DNA of 64,000 nt from Octopus bimaculoides (lineage: Eukaryota): contig NC_068981.1 in the NCBI RefSeq assembly GCF_001194135.2, positions 21,529,354 to 21,593,353 of the forward strand, given 5' to 3'. A program made the position numbers and the translations under genes. Position 1 is the first letter of the stretch; every line of letters starts with the position of its first letter. Shown piece by piece: positions 52,364 through 64,000 of this stretch. Under the pieces are notes generated by a model that had not been told where the DNA came from, did not search any database, and saw nothing but the letters and a program-made list of their open reading frames with translations.

Positions 52364-52858
52364 CTGCAAACATAAAAATGGTACTCTGAACAGTGGAAAT
52401 TATCAATGATTTAAGTTGAATAAATGAAATGATGCAAGTGAAATTCATAACAACCATATTTACTTGTGTATAATGTGAAAAATTTAATAAGAAAATGGCA
52501 GAGTCAACATTGGGAGGGTAGCATTGTCTTGGAGGATGCAGAGAGGATGACACAGGACCGATGGGGAGTACTGGTCGATCTGGCTCTATGCATGATGATG
52601 CCTCTGGACTACTAACCTGGGATGACCCCAGCAACATTGAGCAAGAGCATGAAACAAAAAAGAAGCAAGCAAGCACCACTTCATTTATTTGCAATCAGAT
52701 GTTGCCTGTAGATTATAGAAAGCACTGTAAATACACTAGGTATAGCTTTCCAATAAACTGATGAAGTCACAATGACAGCCTACTATCGATGGTGTTCCAT
52801 CTATTGCTCAAACACAAAATACAGACTCATCTTTTGTATCTGTTTCTAGTTGTCTTAC

Positions 52859-52887
52859 CATTAATAGCTCTTGGACCAAATGTTAAT
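52859..52887 (-). CDS. Tentative internal exon of an unidentified - strand gene: (R)LTFGPRAIN
   Basis: tgtttgctttgtcaaag|29 nt|gtaaga; phase 2-1, compatible with the first exon at 60129-60172. Confidence 0.35.
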
Positions 52888-53159
52888 CTTTGACAAAGCA
52901 AACATATAAACAAGAACATACATTTATTGCTTGGCAAAGGAGACTAAACTAACTGTAAGCTAAGTTTGCTTGTATTGCACAATAAATTTTAGCACCTATA
53001 ACAGGAGCTCCCTTGATATAGATGGGTAGAAGTCCACTATATTAAATTGGGTAAACCTAGCTCTACCCCTACCACTGTTGGCCTTAACCCATGTAATGAC
53101 TTTGTTGGTGTTGCACTACAGGGCAAGGTCAGAGGCTGAGTCACTACAAGAACTAAAAA

Positions 53160-54050
53160 AGAAATTATTGTTGAAACCCTACCAGAACAAGAGAAAAGAT
53201 TTCAGGTATGGAAGCAAGGTCTGAAATCAAAGGGCCTTAGAATTAATTTAGCAAAGATCAAGGTATTGATGAGTAGGAAGACAGATGAATTGCAAATCCC
53301 TTCAGGGAGATGGCCCTACTTGATATGTAGAAAGGCATCAAGAAAAACTCCATAAAGTGTACCCAGTGCAAGCTATGGACACATAAGAGGTGCAGCAGTA
53401 TCACTGGATGACTATGGGAGAAAGTAGTCTTTACATGTAACAGATGTGCAGGTACATTAAACACCAATATACGCAAAAAATAAATTTTCTCATTTCTCAG
53501 GGAGGATCCCTAGAAGTAGTAGACAGTTTCTGTTACTTAGGTGACCAAGTTAGTAGTGGGAATAGTTGTTTCAAAAGCATAACAGCTAGAATAAGAATAG
53601 GTTGGGCAAAGTTCAGAGAACTACTACTTCTGTTAGTAATGAAGGGCCTTTCCCTCAGTGAAAAGCAGATTGTACGATGCTTATGAACAAACAGCTATAC
53701 TGCATGGCAGTGAGACATGGGCTGTGACTACTGAGGATATGTGAAGACTTGAAAGAAATGAAGCTAGTATGCTTCACTGGATGGGTAATGTCAGTGTGCA
53801 TGCACAACAGAGTGTAAGTGATTTGAGAGAAAAACTGGGTATACTTAGGCTCAGATGTAGTGTGCAAGAGTGAAGACTGCATTGGTATGGCCATGTAATG
53901 TGTATGAATGAAGACAGTTGCATCAAGAGGTGCTGATCTCTAATTATAGAGGGAACATGTGGAACAGGTAAACCCAGGACAATTGAAACAAGGATCTACA
54001 GTAAGGATAGGATCTACAGATGTTGAGACTCACAGAGGGGACTGAGACGG
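53160..54050 (+). mobile_element. Degraded RTE ORF2 (post-RT region with PHD-like Cys cluster)
   Basis: WKQGLKSKGLRINLAK, ICRKG..NSIKCTQCKLWTHKRC...CNRC, EVVDSFCYLGD, ARIRIGWAKFREL, LHGSETWAVT. Confidence 0.9.
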
Positions 54051-54155
54051 ATTATCGGTGACAAAAAATATGAATGAGCCTCAAAGAAAATTTGTGCATG
54101 CAAAAATTAATAACACAAATATAAAGTTAAAATTGGATACAGGTAGCAATATCTC

Positions 54156-54157
<2 letters not shown>

Positions 54158-54192
<35 letters not shown>

Positions 54193-55035
54193 TTCGTTTA
54201 ACGTCCGCTTTACATGCTAGCATGGGTTGGATGATTTGACTGAGGACTGGCGAACCAGATGGCTGCACCAGGCTCCAATCTGATCTGGCAGAGTTTCTAT
54301 AGCTGGATGGCCTTCCTAATGCCAACCACTCCAAGAGTGTAGCAGGTGCTTTTATGTGCCAGCGGCACGAGGGCCAGTTAGGTGGTACTGGCAACAGCCA
54401 CGCTCAAATAGTGTTTTTACATGCTACCTGCACAGGAGTCAGTCCAGCAGCACTGGCAACAACCGCGCTCAAATGTTTTGTTCACATGCCACTGGTACAA
54501 GCCCCAGTAAGGCGACGCTGGTAGCAATCATGCTCAAATGGTGCTTTTTATGTGCCACCGGCACAGAAGCCGGACTGCTGCTCTGGCAGTGATCCCGCTC
54601 GGATGGTGCTGTTAGTGCTCCACTGGCATGGGAGCCAGTCATCGAATTCCATGTACACCATGGAAGCCCCCTGTATGTTTTCCAACATGTCCATTGAAGT
54701 TACTAGCCACAAAGAGAAGGACCCTGTCATTTGTCAATGAGGTAGTCTGCAAGAGGGTGTCATAAAATCGGTCTTTCTGTCCATCAGGTAGCCCTGGCTG
54801 AGGGGCATAGGCCGAGATAATGGTTGCTAACCCATAATGTAGCACTAATCTAATCTTATGTATTCTATCACAGACTCTGACTACCTTAATTACCTTATCA
54901 ACCCATTTCTCTGCAAGAAGTATACCCATGACTCCATCAGTGTTCCCTGCCCAGAAAATCTTGTACCTGTGTTCTTTGCCTGTGAGGAACCTAGTGGAAC
55001 CTNNNNNNNNNNTTTACCTGGCACGAACCCACATA
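54158..55035 (-). mobile_element. Internally deleted RTE: AP-endonuclease region joined directly to the 3' UTR
   Basis: KIFWAGN..GVMGILLAEKW...IISAYAPQPG...SNFNGHVG..GFHGVHG runs into UTR sequence at ~54645; (GAT)n tail at ~54158. Confidence 0.85.
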
Positions 55036-55869
55036 TATATATATACACTTTATTTTCCAGTGAAGGTAGGATCAACAAAAATGTAGTCCATCCGTTGAGA
55101 GATAAATGTTATTTAATGTACACAGGATATAATTATGAGTTAGTAATAGTTTCGCACATTGAAGGAATCATCTAGGAACGTTTTAAAACACCCTAGTGTC
55201 TCCAAGTAGTTTACAGGCTTTGGGCACTTAGCCTATACAAGTTACTAATCAGTACAATAAAACAAGAGAAATCATGAGGAAAAATGAGATAAAGCTGGGT
55301 TGACATGCATGTCAGGCTTCTTTCAGTTTCCATCTACGAAATCCACTGACAAAGCTGTGATCAACCTGGAGTTGAAGACTTACCCAAGGCACAATGCAGT
55401 GAGAATTAACCTAGAGTCATGTAGGTTAACCACGCCCATGCCTATGTGACAATGATATGACCAAAATAATCTGGGCTGTGTCTGTTTATACTGACAGTTT
55501 TCAATTTATAGAGAAATACTGAATAATAATGAACTTATTTTAGTTCAGGTGCACAACAACTCATCAAAAAAGGTAGATAAAAATGCATGAATAGTTCACA
55601 AAAAAACAGGACATTGAACAGTAAATGAGTCACAAAAAAAAGAAGAAAATTGCTGTTTGAATATCTATTATGTAGGTGACATACATATATATTTACATCA
55701 TTTGCATATCCACTACATAAGTCAAATCCACTAACCACCTCCTTTTTACACCTCTCTTCTTACTGTTCTCCATTATTAACACTTCAATTATCTGCTGTCA
55801 CCTTTAATGCCCTTCCATATCTACTGCAATCCCTACGGTAAGCCTCTTTTAGGTTTCTCTCCAACATTT

Positions 55870-56520
55870 GCTACAATCAGAGACGATTGTGCTGGTATGG
55901 TGATGTGATGTGTATGAACAAGGACAGCTGTGTAAAGAAGTGCCGATCTCTTTCTGTGGAGGGAACCTGAGGTAGAGGTAGACTCAGGAAGACATGGGTG
56001 AGGTGGTGAAGCATGATCTTCAAACTTTGGCCTCACAGAGGCAATGACTAGTGACTGAGACACTTTGGCGATACGTTGTGCTTGAGAAGATCTGTCAAGC
56101 CATGTGAAATCGTAGTTGTGGCTGTGGCTGATGCTGGTGTCACACAACTGGCATGTAAAAAACAACTTTTGAGCATAGGGCCTCACAGAAGCAATGTGGC
56201 TGAGCTCCTTTCGAGCATTGGGCCTCATGGGGGCAATGACCGAGACCTTTGATATTATGTTGTGCTTGAGAAGAAGACTCATCAAGCTGAGCAAAATTGC
56301 AGTTGTGGCAGATTCCAGCATCATGCAAATGGCACCCATGCTGGCGTATGTAAAAGCACTCATTACACTCTTGGAGTGGTCAGCATTGGGAAGGGCATCC
56401 AGCCATAGAAACCATGCCAAATCACACTGGAGCCTGGTGCAGCCTTCCAGCTTGTCAGCCTTGGTCAAACCATCCAACCCATTTCCGAATGGACAATAGA
56501 CGTTAAATGATGATGATGAG
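55870..56520 (+). mobile_element. RTE LINE 3' end (ORF2 end, UTR, (GAT)n tail)
   Basis: RRLCWYGDVMCM..DSCVKKCRSL.VEG..GRGR.RKTW followed by the tail; this copy shows what the many short tails derive from. Confidence 0.9.
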
Positions 56521-56719
56521 GATCTCTATCCTGCCCTCTCACCCATGTCAAACCTCTGTATCACTTCACCTATTCTCACCACTCCTAAGTCCCTTGAAGG
56601 CATGTCACAACTAATTTTTGCTATCATCTGCCTTACTATTGTTCTCCTTATCTGACTCTCTAACTCACTCTCCTTTCCTTTCCAAATAGGGTCTCCATGT
56701 ATCTACAGCAAGACACCTA

Positions 56720-57085
56720 TATCTCTCCCTCTATTCTTTTAACCTCTCAACTGGCACAAAGCCACCCCCATTCATTGCTATCCCCCTCTCCAGTTGAGGT
56801 GTTTTGCCATTTTTTAAAATCTTTTTTGTCTTGCAAAGTACTTGGTGACCCTGTCTGTGATGGTTCCATATAAAGAGCACTGGTACTGGTGTCAAGTAAA
56901 AAGCATTCAGAACACTGTAAAGTGGTTGGGGTTAGAAAGAGCATCTAGCTGTAGAAATCATGCCGAAACAGACTGTAGAAACTTGTATAGCTTCCAGCCT
57001 TGGCAGCTGCAGTCAAACCATCCAACCCATGTTAGCTGGAAAACAGAGACTAAATGACGATGATAATGGTGATGATGATGATAAT
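56720..57085 (+). mobile_element. RTE 3' UTR/tail copy
   Basis: Same UTR ending in (gat)n. Confidence 0.75.
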
Positions 57086-57124
57086 GAACCTTTAAGTACT
57101 AGTTCAAACAAATTACATACAGAA

Positions 57125-58215
57125 AGCATTTAATCATCAAAATATATTCCATCACATTCTATTATCTGCTGCCATCATGGTGCTAGATGCTCAATTCCAT
57201 GCTTATACCATTTGGTTGGTTTAGTGACAAAAAAACTCCCTGCACCTGTTTTCAGTCTCATCTACATTGTCAAACTTCTGTCTGTGTAGGAAATGAGCCA
57301 TTGCTCAGAAAAGGTGGTAATCTATTGGTGCAAGATCTGGACTGTAGATAGGGTGAGACAGTATTTTCAACCACTCAAGTTCCTCAAGCTTGTGCTCGGT
57401 CACATTGGCAGTGTGTGCTGAGGCATTGCAATGTTGTAGGAGTGTGCATCTTTGATTGACCAATGCTGTGTAGCAGGCTTTCAAAACATCATATACTCAC
57501 TTCAGTTGTTGAGCATAAAAGTTAGCATTCACAACATGATCATCTGAGATGAGCTCAAAATGTAACATCCTCTTGAAATTCCACCAAATACATAGCATGG
57601 CCTTCTTCTTTGACAACTGGTTCTGAAGCCTGGTCAGAAAGAAACTGCTGATTTCTCTTACTAGGATTATGAAAATAGTTTCATTTTTTTATCTCTAGTT
57701 ACAAGTTAATGTCAAAAATGGGCAACTCAAGGATTTTCCAGCAGGTGTTTGCAAATGTTCACTTCATGAGGAACTTCTTGACAGCATCTGTTCACAAGTC
57801 TGAGCTTATGGAGGTGTTGTCTGATGGTGCTTTTGAAAGACCAAGTCCTACTGACAATGTATAAGTGCTTGTGATTGGCTGTTGTTCAACCATTTCAAGC
57901 AAAGCCTCATTTTCTACAACAGAATGTCTCCCTGAGCTTGGTCTGTCTTCCAAACTCATGTCACCTTCCTTGAAACACCTGAACCAGTTTTGTGCCACAT
58001 GTTTGTTAACAGTTCCTTGGCCTTCCACATCATTAATTTCTTTTGCCACTGCCCTTGCACTTGGTTTTTTTTCCACAAATAGCAAAACTGGCTCTTATTG
58101 CATTTTTTTTTACTACCAGTTATCAAAGCTGTAAAATAAAGAATAAACAATTAATGCTTATATGTTATAAATGAAAATAAAGAATAAACGATTGGGCAAC
58201 AATTGGACAACAAGC
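57125..58215 (-). mobile_element. Near full-length decayed mariner transposase (DD34D type)
   Basis: AQNWFRCFKEGDMSLEDRPSSGR (HTH), MLCIWWNFK, QH.NASAH, HPIYSPDLAPIDYHLF, C-terminal YFDD*; stops and frameshifts present. Confidence 0.92.
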
Positions 58216-58740
58216 TGTATTAAATTAATGATATAACATGGAGATATATGTTACCAAAAATCATCAATGAAAATTTAAAAAAACCTACTATGTAGGTGAA
58301 ATACATAACTGTATATCACCTATGTACAAGATATACAAACAGGGCAAATTTAAGTATTGAAAATATGTGAACAACTTTGATTGGTGTTTGAACCTTTTTG
58401 GGTTTTCCCCAGTGGTGTCTTACATCACTTGACCAATCCCAGAGAAACAAATTGCCAATCTGTTTATATACACCACAAATCCAGCATGTGCATATTTGTG
58501 TGGGTGTGTGTTACTGTCTCCTTGCCTTGACATCGCATAATAGTCATAAGTGAGTGCTTCTGTCACAAGTGCAAGGGTGTTCATTTGCAATATTCTTTGG
58601 AAAACGTGTCAGGCCATAGGGGAAATGTTACCTCAGAAACAGGCGGGGTTGGTGACAGGAAGGGCTGTGAAAGAATCTGTAAAAAAATTCTCAACAAGTT
58701 CTATCTGGCCTATACAAACATGGTAAAGTGGAAGTGAAAG

Positions 58741-58950
58741 GAGGATGATGATGATGATGATGATGATAACCACCATGACAACCACCAACACCTCGACAAT
58801 GACGTCGACGACGACCACCACCACCAGCACCAGCACCAGCACCAGCACCACCAGTACCACCACCACCACCACCACCACCATCATCAATGGTGATGGTGGT
58901 GGTAGCAATGGTGATGATCATGATGATGGTGGTGGTGGTGGTGGTGGTGA
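58741..58950. repeat. Compound trinucleotide repeat (GAT/ACC/AGCACC/GGT) extending an RTE-type tail
   Basis: Direct reading; preceded by a LINE-tail-like sequence from ~58600. Confidence 0.85.
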
Positions 58951-59129
58951 TGATTTTTGTGTGATCATAAACTGAAAAAAAATGTCATTTCATTTTCCTT
59001 ATGTTGTTAAATTAAGTCCAATAATATATTTAGTCCAACATTTCACTTTCACCTCCGGACTTCCTGCCAGAGTCCTGTTTTTTTAATTTTTTTATTTCAG
59101 TTTAACTAATTTTAATCTTTCTGTAAAAA

Positions 59130-59325
59130 GCCCTGGTGATGATACCATGTAAAAAAGACACCCAGTACACTCTGTTAAGTGGTTGGCATTAGGAAGGGCA
59201 TCAAGCTGTAGAGACCATGCCAAAACAGATAATGGAACCTGCTGTGGCTCCTGGCTTTGCCAGCTCTTGTCAACAGTTCAACCCATGCCAGCATGGAATA
59301 CAGACGTTAAATGATGATGATCATC
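59130..59325 (+). mobile_element. RTE 3' UTR/tail copy
   Basis: gtggttggcattaggaagggcatc...cccatgccagcatggaatacagacgttaaatgatgat. Confidence 0.9.
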
Positions 59326-59479
59326 ATCACACACGCACGCACGCACGCACACTCACACACACAGGATTTCAGGCTGTTTCTGTCTACCAAATTTATTCAC
59401 AAGCCTAGGGCTATAGTCGAAGACACTTTCCTTACGTATTGCACAGGAGGTGGGGGACCAGAAAGCATGTGGTTGTAAA

Positions 59480-60489
59480 ACGAGTTTCTTAAAAACGAGG
59501 TTATGCCTGCACCTTATATTTTAGTATTTTTCTATGCAAATTCTTCATAATTGCATCTATATATCTTAAAGGGCAAGCCAAAATATTCAACTCCTCACAA
59601 GAATTTTCGCGGGTGGGGAATCGGCATCCGTAGTAGATACTAATTGAAAATGATGTTCTAAACTCTAGGATCACCCAATTAATCAGTAACTTAAAATTCA
59701 AAATAGATTCTGTTCAGAGGATTTTCATCTAATTTTACGAAACCTCTTCGACTTTTCACCGTTGCTGTTTTTTAGCTTCAGGTATGCTCTGAATGAGTAT
59801 TCTATCATCAAAAGCGTTCCAGCCGTGACAATCCCATCTTTAGTTCAGGTAATCTCTCTCGGTCTCTAAAATTCGAGAGTTATTATGTCAATAAGTTTGG
59901 TTACTGTGAAGAAAGAAAAAAAGTGTGAAGTTTCGAACCTTCGTCTTTCCAATTTTTTCTTTTTTTTAGACAGTAGGATACGATTGGAGAGAAATTTGGT
60001 TGCTATTTCTAGTCTACTAAACGGTCACATAGAGGCTTCCACAATGACTTGTGTCCTGTGTCGTAATAGGCAAGCTGTATCAGAGAAGGGAAATAAATCT
60101 TGAATAATATATTTATTTACCCAATTACCTCGCTTGCCAGTTCAACCACATGTACCCTGTTGTGTTCGCCATTTTCAGCACACATATATATACGGACAGC
60201 AACAATTCCACGGAGCTGTGTGGATACTCTCTAAGACACCAACTGCTGTACTTCATTTTAATTTCTTGTAAGTATACAACACTTTGAATCTCGCCTATCA
60301 TTTATTCTTCTAGACCAGTTTGTTTTTAAGTATATATTTCCTGAAGCCAAAATTCGCACTACATGATGACATAAACGTCAACGTAAATATAACAACACAT
60401 AAATAGATACCATACATATAGAAGTGGTGCGCGTGTTTGTGTTTGCGCGCGAGTGTGTATGTTTCTGTGTTTGTATGTATACATACATA

Positions 60490-60528
<39 letters not shown>

Positions 60529-62000
60529 ATAGAACAATACAAATCTAAGAAGCAGTTAATGTTTGTTTGTGTGTGTAAATTATATATACATACATACATA
60601 TACATATATATATATATATATATAAAATTTATTCAAATGTTTTATTTTCCTATGTAATATACATTGCAATGTTTACATGGTTACATTTATTTGTGTGTAT
60701 ATATATATAAATTCGAAGAACGTAATATTATTATTATAAAGTGAAAGCAAAGAGCGGTAAATTAACGAATAATATAAGGTAGGATCCGAACGAATTGTCC
60801 ATTATTAACACTCTCACAGGTGTGTGGACGTAATATTTGATAATAATAATGGTCGTAGTGCTTGGTAATAATATTGACTGTAGTTGTTTAGCGATCAATA
60901 TTAAAGTGAAAGTGTCTGTTTCTATCCTTGTGGTTATACCATTGATGTTCACTTCCTACTTACTCTACTCCCACCCACTGTTGCCTGATCATAGATTCCG
61001 ATGCTTCTTCCTCTCACAGACTTTCGACAAAGAAAAGTCTGCGAGGATTTGATTTTAAAAATCAAAATTAAAAATATGATACTTCTCATCGCTTTCTATG
61101 TGTTTATTAGCCATTACGATTTCTTTCCTTAAGAATTTATTGTCACAATGGAAAAACTTGAATATATAATTAAAACATTATAATTATTTGCGCTGGAAAT
61201 GTCTTAGCAAATGTAACATAATAAATATTAGTATTGAAGCTAGAATATAAATATAATCAAAATATGATATTCGTAAAGATAATTAATCGGTGTTTATATC
61301 AGTTATAATTAAAATGATCGTAATATCAATAATATGAAAAATTATTATAATGTTTTCCATTCTCACATATCTTGAAACGAACTGTTGTATCTTTCTGACT
61401 GATGATAAATTTTAGTGTTACTCGATACTTAGACGTTATTTAATTTCCTCTTTATTTACCTTGTCTTTCAGCAACCCTTTGTTATCAACTCTCCACATTT
61501 TTTTTCAAGCCAACTCTATTTGCATATCAACAAATGATACCTCTTCTAACTTTCTGTTTCCTAAATCGACTCCCTCCCTATTCCATTTCTTTGATTCACA
61601 TTACATACTAAGCTAGATATATTTAATTTGCTGCTCTTGCAACTGGTTATTTCGATAGGCACAGAGATAGGACAATAATTGAATGGTCCTTGTTATATTA
61701 CTGGTACATGTTGACCCTGAGGAGATAAAAGGCAAAATCGACCTTGGTGGAATTTGAACTCAGAAACTCAATAATATAATTAATTTAATCTGATACCTAT
61801 GTCGCACCTATCCCAATTTACTGATTTACTCCAAAATATTAATTTCAGCGTCTATCATACATTTTAAGTCTCATCTCAACAGTTCCAGGAGTCTTCTACC
61901 TCTAATTCCATTTACTACTATTATGGTAGTTTTCTTTCATGTTTAATTTATTAATAATTTTCTTTTATGGTATTTAAAATTAATAATGAGATTATTTGGA
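59480..62000. promoter_or_regulatory. CpG-retaining region, candidate unmethylated promoter / gene 5' end
   Basis: CpG is frequent in non-repeat sequence here (ttttcgcggg, ttcgaaccttcg, gtgcgcgtg..gcgcgcgag) but rare in the preceding unique DNA. Visual estimate only. Confidence 0.5.
60129..60172 (-). CDS. Candidate first coding exon of an unidentified gene: MANTTGYMWLNWQA(R)
   Basis: aaaATGGCG start context, donor CGAG|gtaatt, located in the CpG-retaining region. Confidence 0.5.
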
Positions 62001-62239
62001 CATATTTTACAAGTGATTCTTCTTCTTCTAAATCAACTTTTGTTTTTAATTGATGGGGTTCTAATAAAGGAAGGCATTGCCAATATTCCACCAGAGCACA
62101 GATCAGTCACAATGCAAAGTAAGCAAGATCCAGAAATCTGGTGACGTATCTGCTCAACCTTTGGTAATACTTTGCAAGAGCTATTTAACAATAACAAAAC
62201 ATCTCCCACCCATCTTTCTCCCCCCTCTCTCTCTATATA

Positions 62240-62390
62240 TAATCATTTAACGTCCGCTTTCCATGCTAGCATGGGTTGGACGATTTGACTGGGGACTGGC
62301 GAACCAGATGGTTACACCAAACTCCAATCTGATCTGACAGAGTTTCTACAGCTGGATGCCCTTCCTAACACCAACCACTCCGAGAGTGTG
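62240..62390 (-). mobile_element. Young RTE 3' tail copy
   Basis: tttaacgtccgctttccatgctagcatgggttggacg with CpGs intact. Confidence 0.9.
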
Positions 62391-62402
62391 TATGTATGTA
62401 TA

Positions 62403-62449
<47 letters not shown>

Positions 62450-62904
62450 GTAATATGCATAAAGGTTTGATTTAGGCACAAGGCTAACAGTTTTGAGGGG
62501 AGGGGAGTAGTTGATACCATTGACCTCAATACTTGGCTGGTGCTTTATTTGTGTCAATCTCAGAGGTATGAAAGGCAAAATAGACCTCAATGAGATTTGA
62601 ACATGGAGCCAGAACCAATGCCACAATTCATTATTCCGACAATTTTTAGATTCTGCCAGCCATCATCTTTCTATCTTTGCATAATGAATCCAATAAGTAT
62701 TTGTTCAAGTCCTATATTGGAGTTCCTAAGAAAAATATTCATCTGAGTTAGTGCTTGTCAACCATTTTTTGCTTATGGGCCCCATTGATTCCTATTTTAC
62801 TCTGTTGGACCCTCATATCCATTGGATGTCAAAAAAAAAAAAAAAATCTTGCTGTATTTTTATAATTAAATATTAGGAATTGTATTTAAAAAATTGTTAA
62901 AATA

Positions 62905-63317
62905 GGCGTAGGAGTGGCTGTGTGGTAAGTAGCTTGCTTACCAACCACATGGTTCTGGGTTCATTGCCACTGCGTGGCACCTTGGGCAAGTGTCTTCTAC
63001 TATAGCCTCGGGCTGACCAAAGCCTTATGAGTGGATTTGGTAGACGGAAACTGAAAGAAGCCTGTCGTATATATGTATATATATATATATGTATGTGTGT
63101 GTATATGTTTGTGTGTCTGTGTTTGTCCCCCCAACATCACTTGACAAGCGATGCTGGTGTGTTTACGTCCCCGTAACTTAGCGGTTCGGCAAAAGAGACT
63201 GATAGAACAAGTACTAGGCTTCCAAAGAATAAGTCCTGGGGTTGATTTGTTCGACTAAAGGCGGTGCTCCAGCATGGCCGCAGTCAAATGACTGAAACAA
63301 GTAAAAGAGTAAAGAGT
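62905..63317 (+). mobile_element. Full-length, young tRNA-derived SINE family A
   Basis: A-box-like tggctgtgtggtaag, B-box-like gggttca..ccac, internal (TA/TG)n, tail gtaaaagagtaaagag. Confidence 0.92.
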
Positions 63318-63608
63318 ATATCTTGTGTATTGTAGAAGTATAAGCAATTTATTTCACATAAACTTTAACAACAAAATCTTATGTGGACCCCTGTTAAAAA
63401 CAATTGATCTAAGTAAAGTTATGGTCACATGATGCTATTTGCTTCTAGAAGCCTTATTCAACTATATAACTAAACTTCCGCTTTGAACTGCTATCCTTGT
63501 TAAGTAGTCTGAATCCTATGACCATTGGCTTAAGTCATGAGACATAGAAAATATCAAAAGCTTGCAAAGTTACAAGAACATGAATATCATATGTCTTCCT
63601 TCCTTCAA

Positions 63609-63820
63609 GGAGGTGAGCTGGCAGAAATGTTAGCATGCCGGGCGAAATGCTTAGTGGTATTTCGTCTGTCTTTACGTTCTGAGTTCAAATTCCACCGAGG
63701 TCAACTTTGCCTTTCATCCTTTCGGGGTCAATAAATTAAGTACCAGTTGCATACTGGAGTCGATCTAATCAACTGGGACCCTTCCCCAAAATTTCGGGCC
63801 TTGTGCCTAGAGTAGAAAAG
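63609..63820 (+). mobile_element. tRNA-derived SINE family B
   Basis: gagctggcagaaatgttagc...ttctgagttcaaattccaccgagg. Confidence 0.9.
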
Positions 63821-63930
63821 ATATGTCTTCCTTCCTCTTGTTGGTGCATGTGTCTTTTATTTTCAACTGCATGGTAATTGGGTGTAGTTTAGATCTTAAA
63901 CTCATTATTGTACAAGTTACTTGCACATAA

Positions 63931-63999
63931 AGAAACCAACTGAAACATATTGTTGAAGCTAGTGTCACTAGCTTCAAGAATTTGTTTCAGTTGGTTTCT
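63931..63999. repeat. Near-perfect palindrome (34-bp arms, 1-nt centre) at the window edge
   Basis: 63931-63964 versus 63966-63999, two mismatches. Confidence 0.9.
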
Positions 64000-64000
64000 G

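Noticed and set aside
52561-52761. + strand ORF MGSTGRSGSMHDD...
   Set aside because: It overlaps an RTE-like C-terminal remnant (AERMTQDRW.VLVDL.LC) in another frame, and has no splice or family support.
59557-60015. Possible second Helitron (A|TCTATATATC start, CTAG|T at ~60009)
   Set aside because: No GC-rich subterminal hairpin at the expected distance from the CTAG.
235-63734. Most 60-130 aa ORFs in the supplied track
   Set aside because: They run through microsatellites, SINEs, RTE UTRs or N gaps, or lie antisense to transposon relics. They have low-complexity composition and no family motifs.
1-64000. CRISPR arrays, rRNA or genuine tRNA genes, prokaryotic operons
   Set aside because: None seen. 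The tRNA-like A/B boxes all belong to SINE heads, and the sequence is intron-rich eukaryotic DNA.

Overview
AT-rich eukaryotic genomic DNA with short N gaps. It is almost certainly an octopus (coleoid cephalopod), inferred from the tRNA-like SINE families and the RTE LINE family that dominate the window. About 1-47.7 kb is the 3' part of a + strand WDR59 (GATOR2/SEA3) gene. Six exons are well supported by splice sites, reading phase and similarity: 9735-9792, 27866-27961, 33456-33570, 40889-41031, 45541-45648 and 47480-47616, the last ending in the CGHGGH..HM..WF....CP.GCGC.C RING. Two upstream exons are tentative (2635-2682, 7601-7701). The introns carry RTE, L1/Tx1, R4/Dong and CR1-like LINE fragments, SINEs, mariner, pogo and hAT elements, and a non-autonomous Helitron. 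They also hold several long inverted repeats, one with two minimal hammerhead-ribozyme motifs. There is a ~2 kb tandem duplication, an RTE fragment flanked by 115-bp direct repeats, and a tandem-plus-inverted insertion with a 12-bp target duplication. Near 59.5-62 kb CpG is retained, and a candidate first coding exon of an unidentified, possibly very small, - strand gene converging on WDR59 lies there. Exon and hairpin coordinates were counted by hand; transposon boundaries are approximate. No database searches were run.
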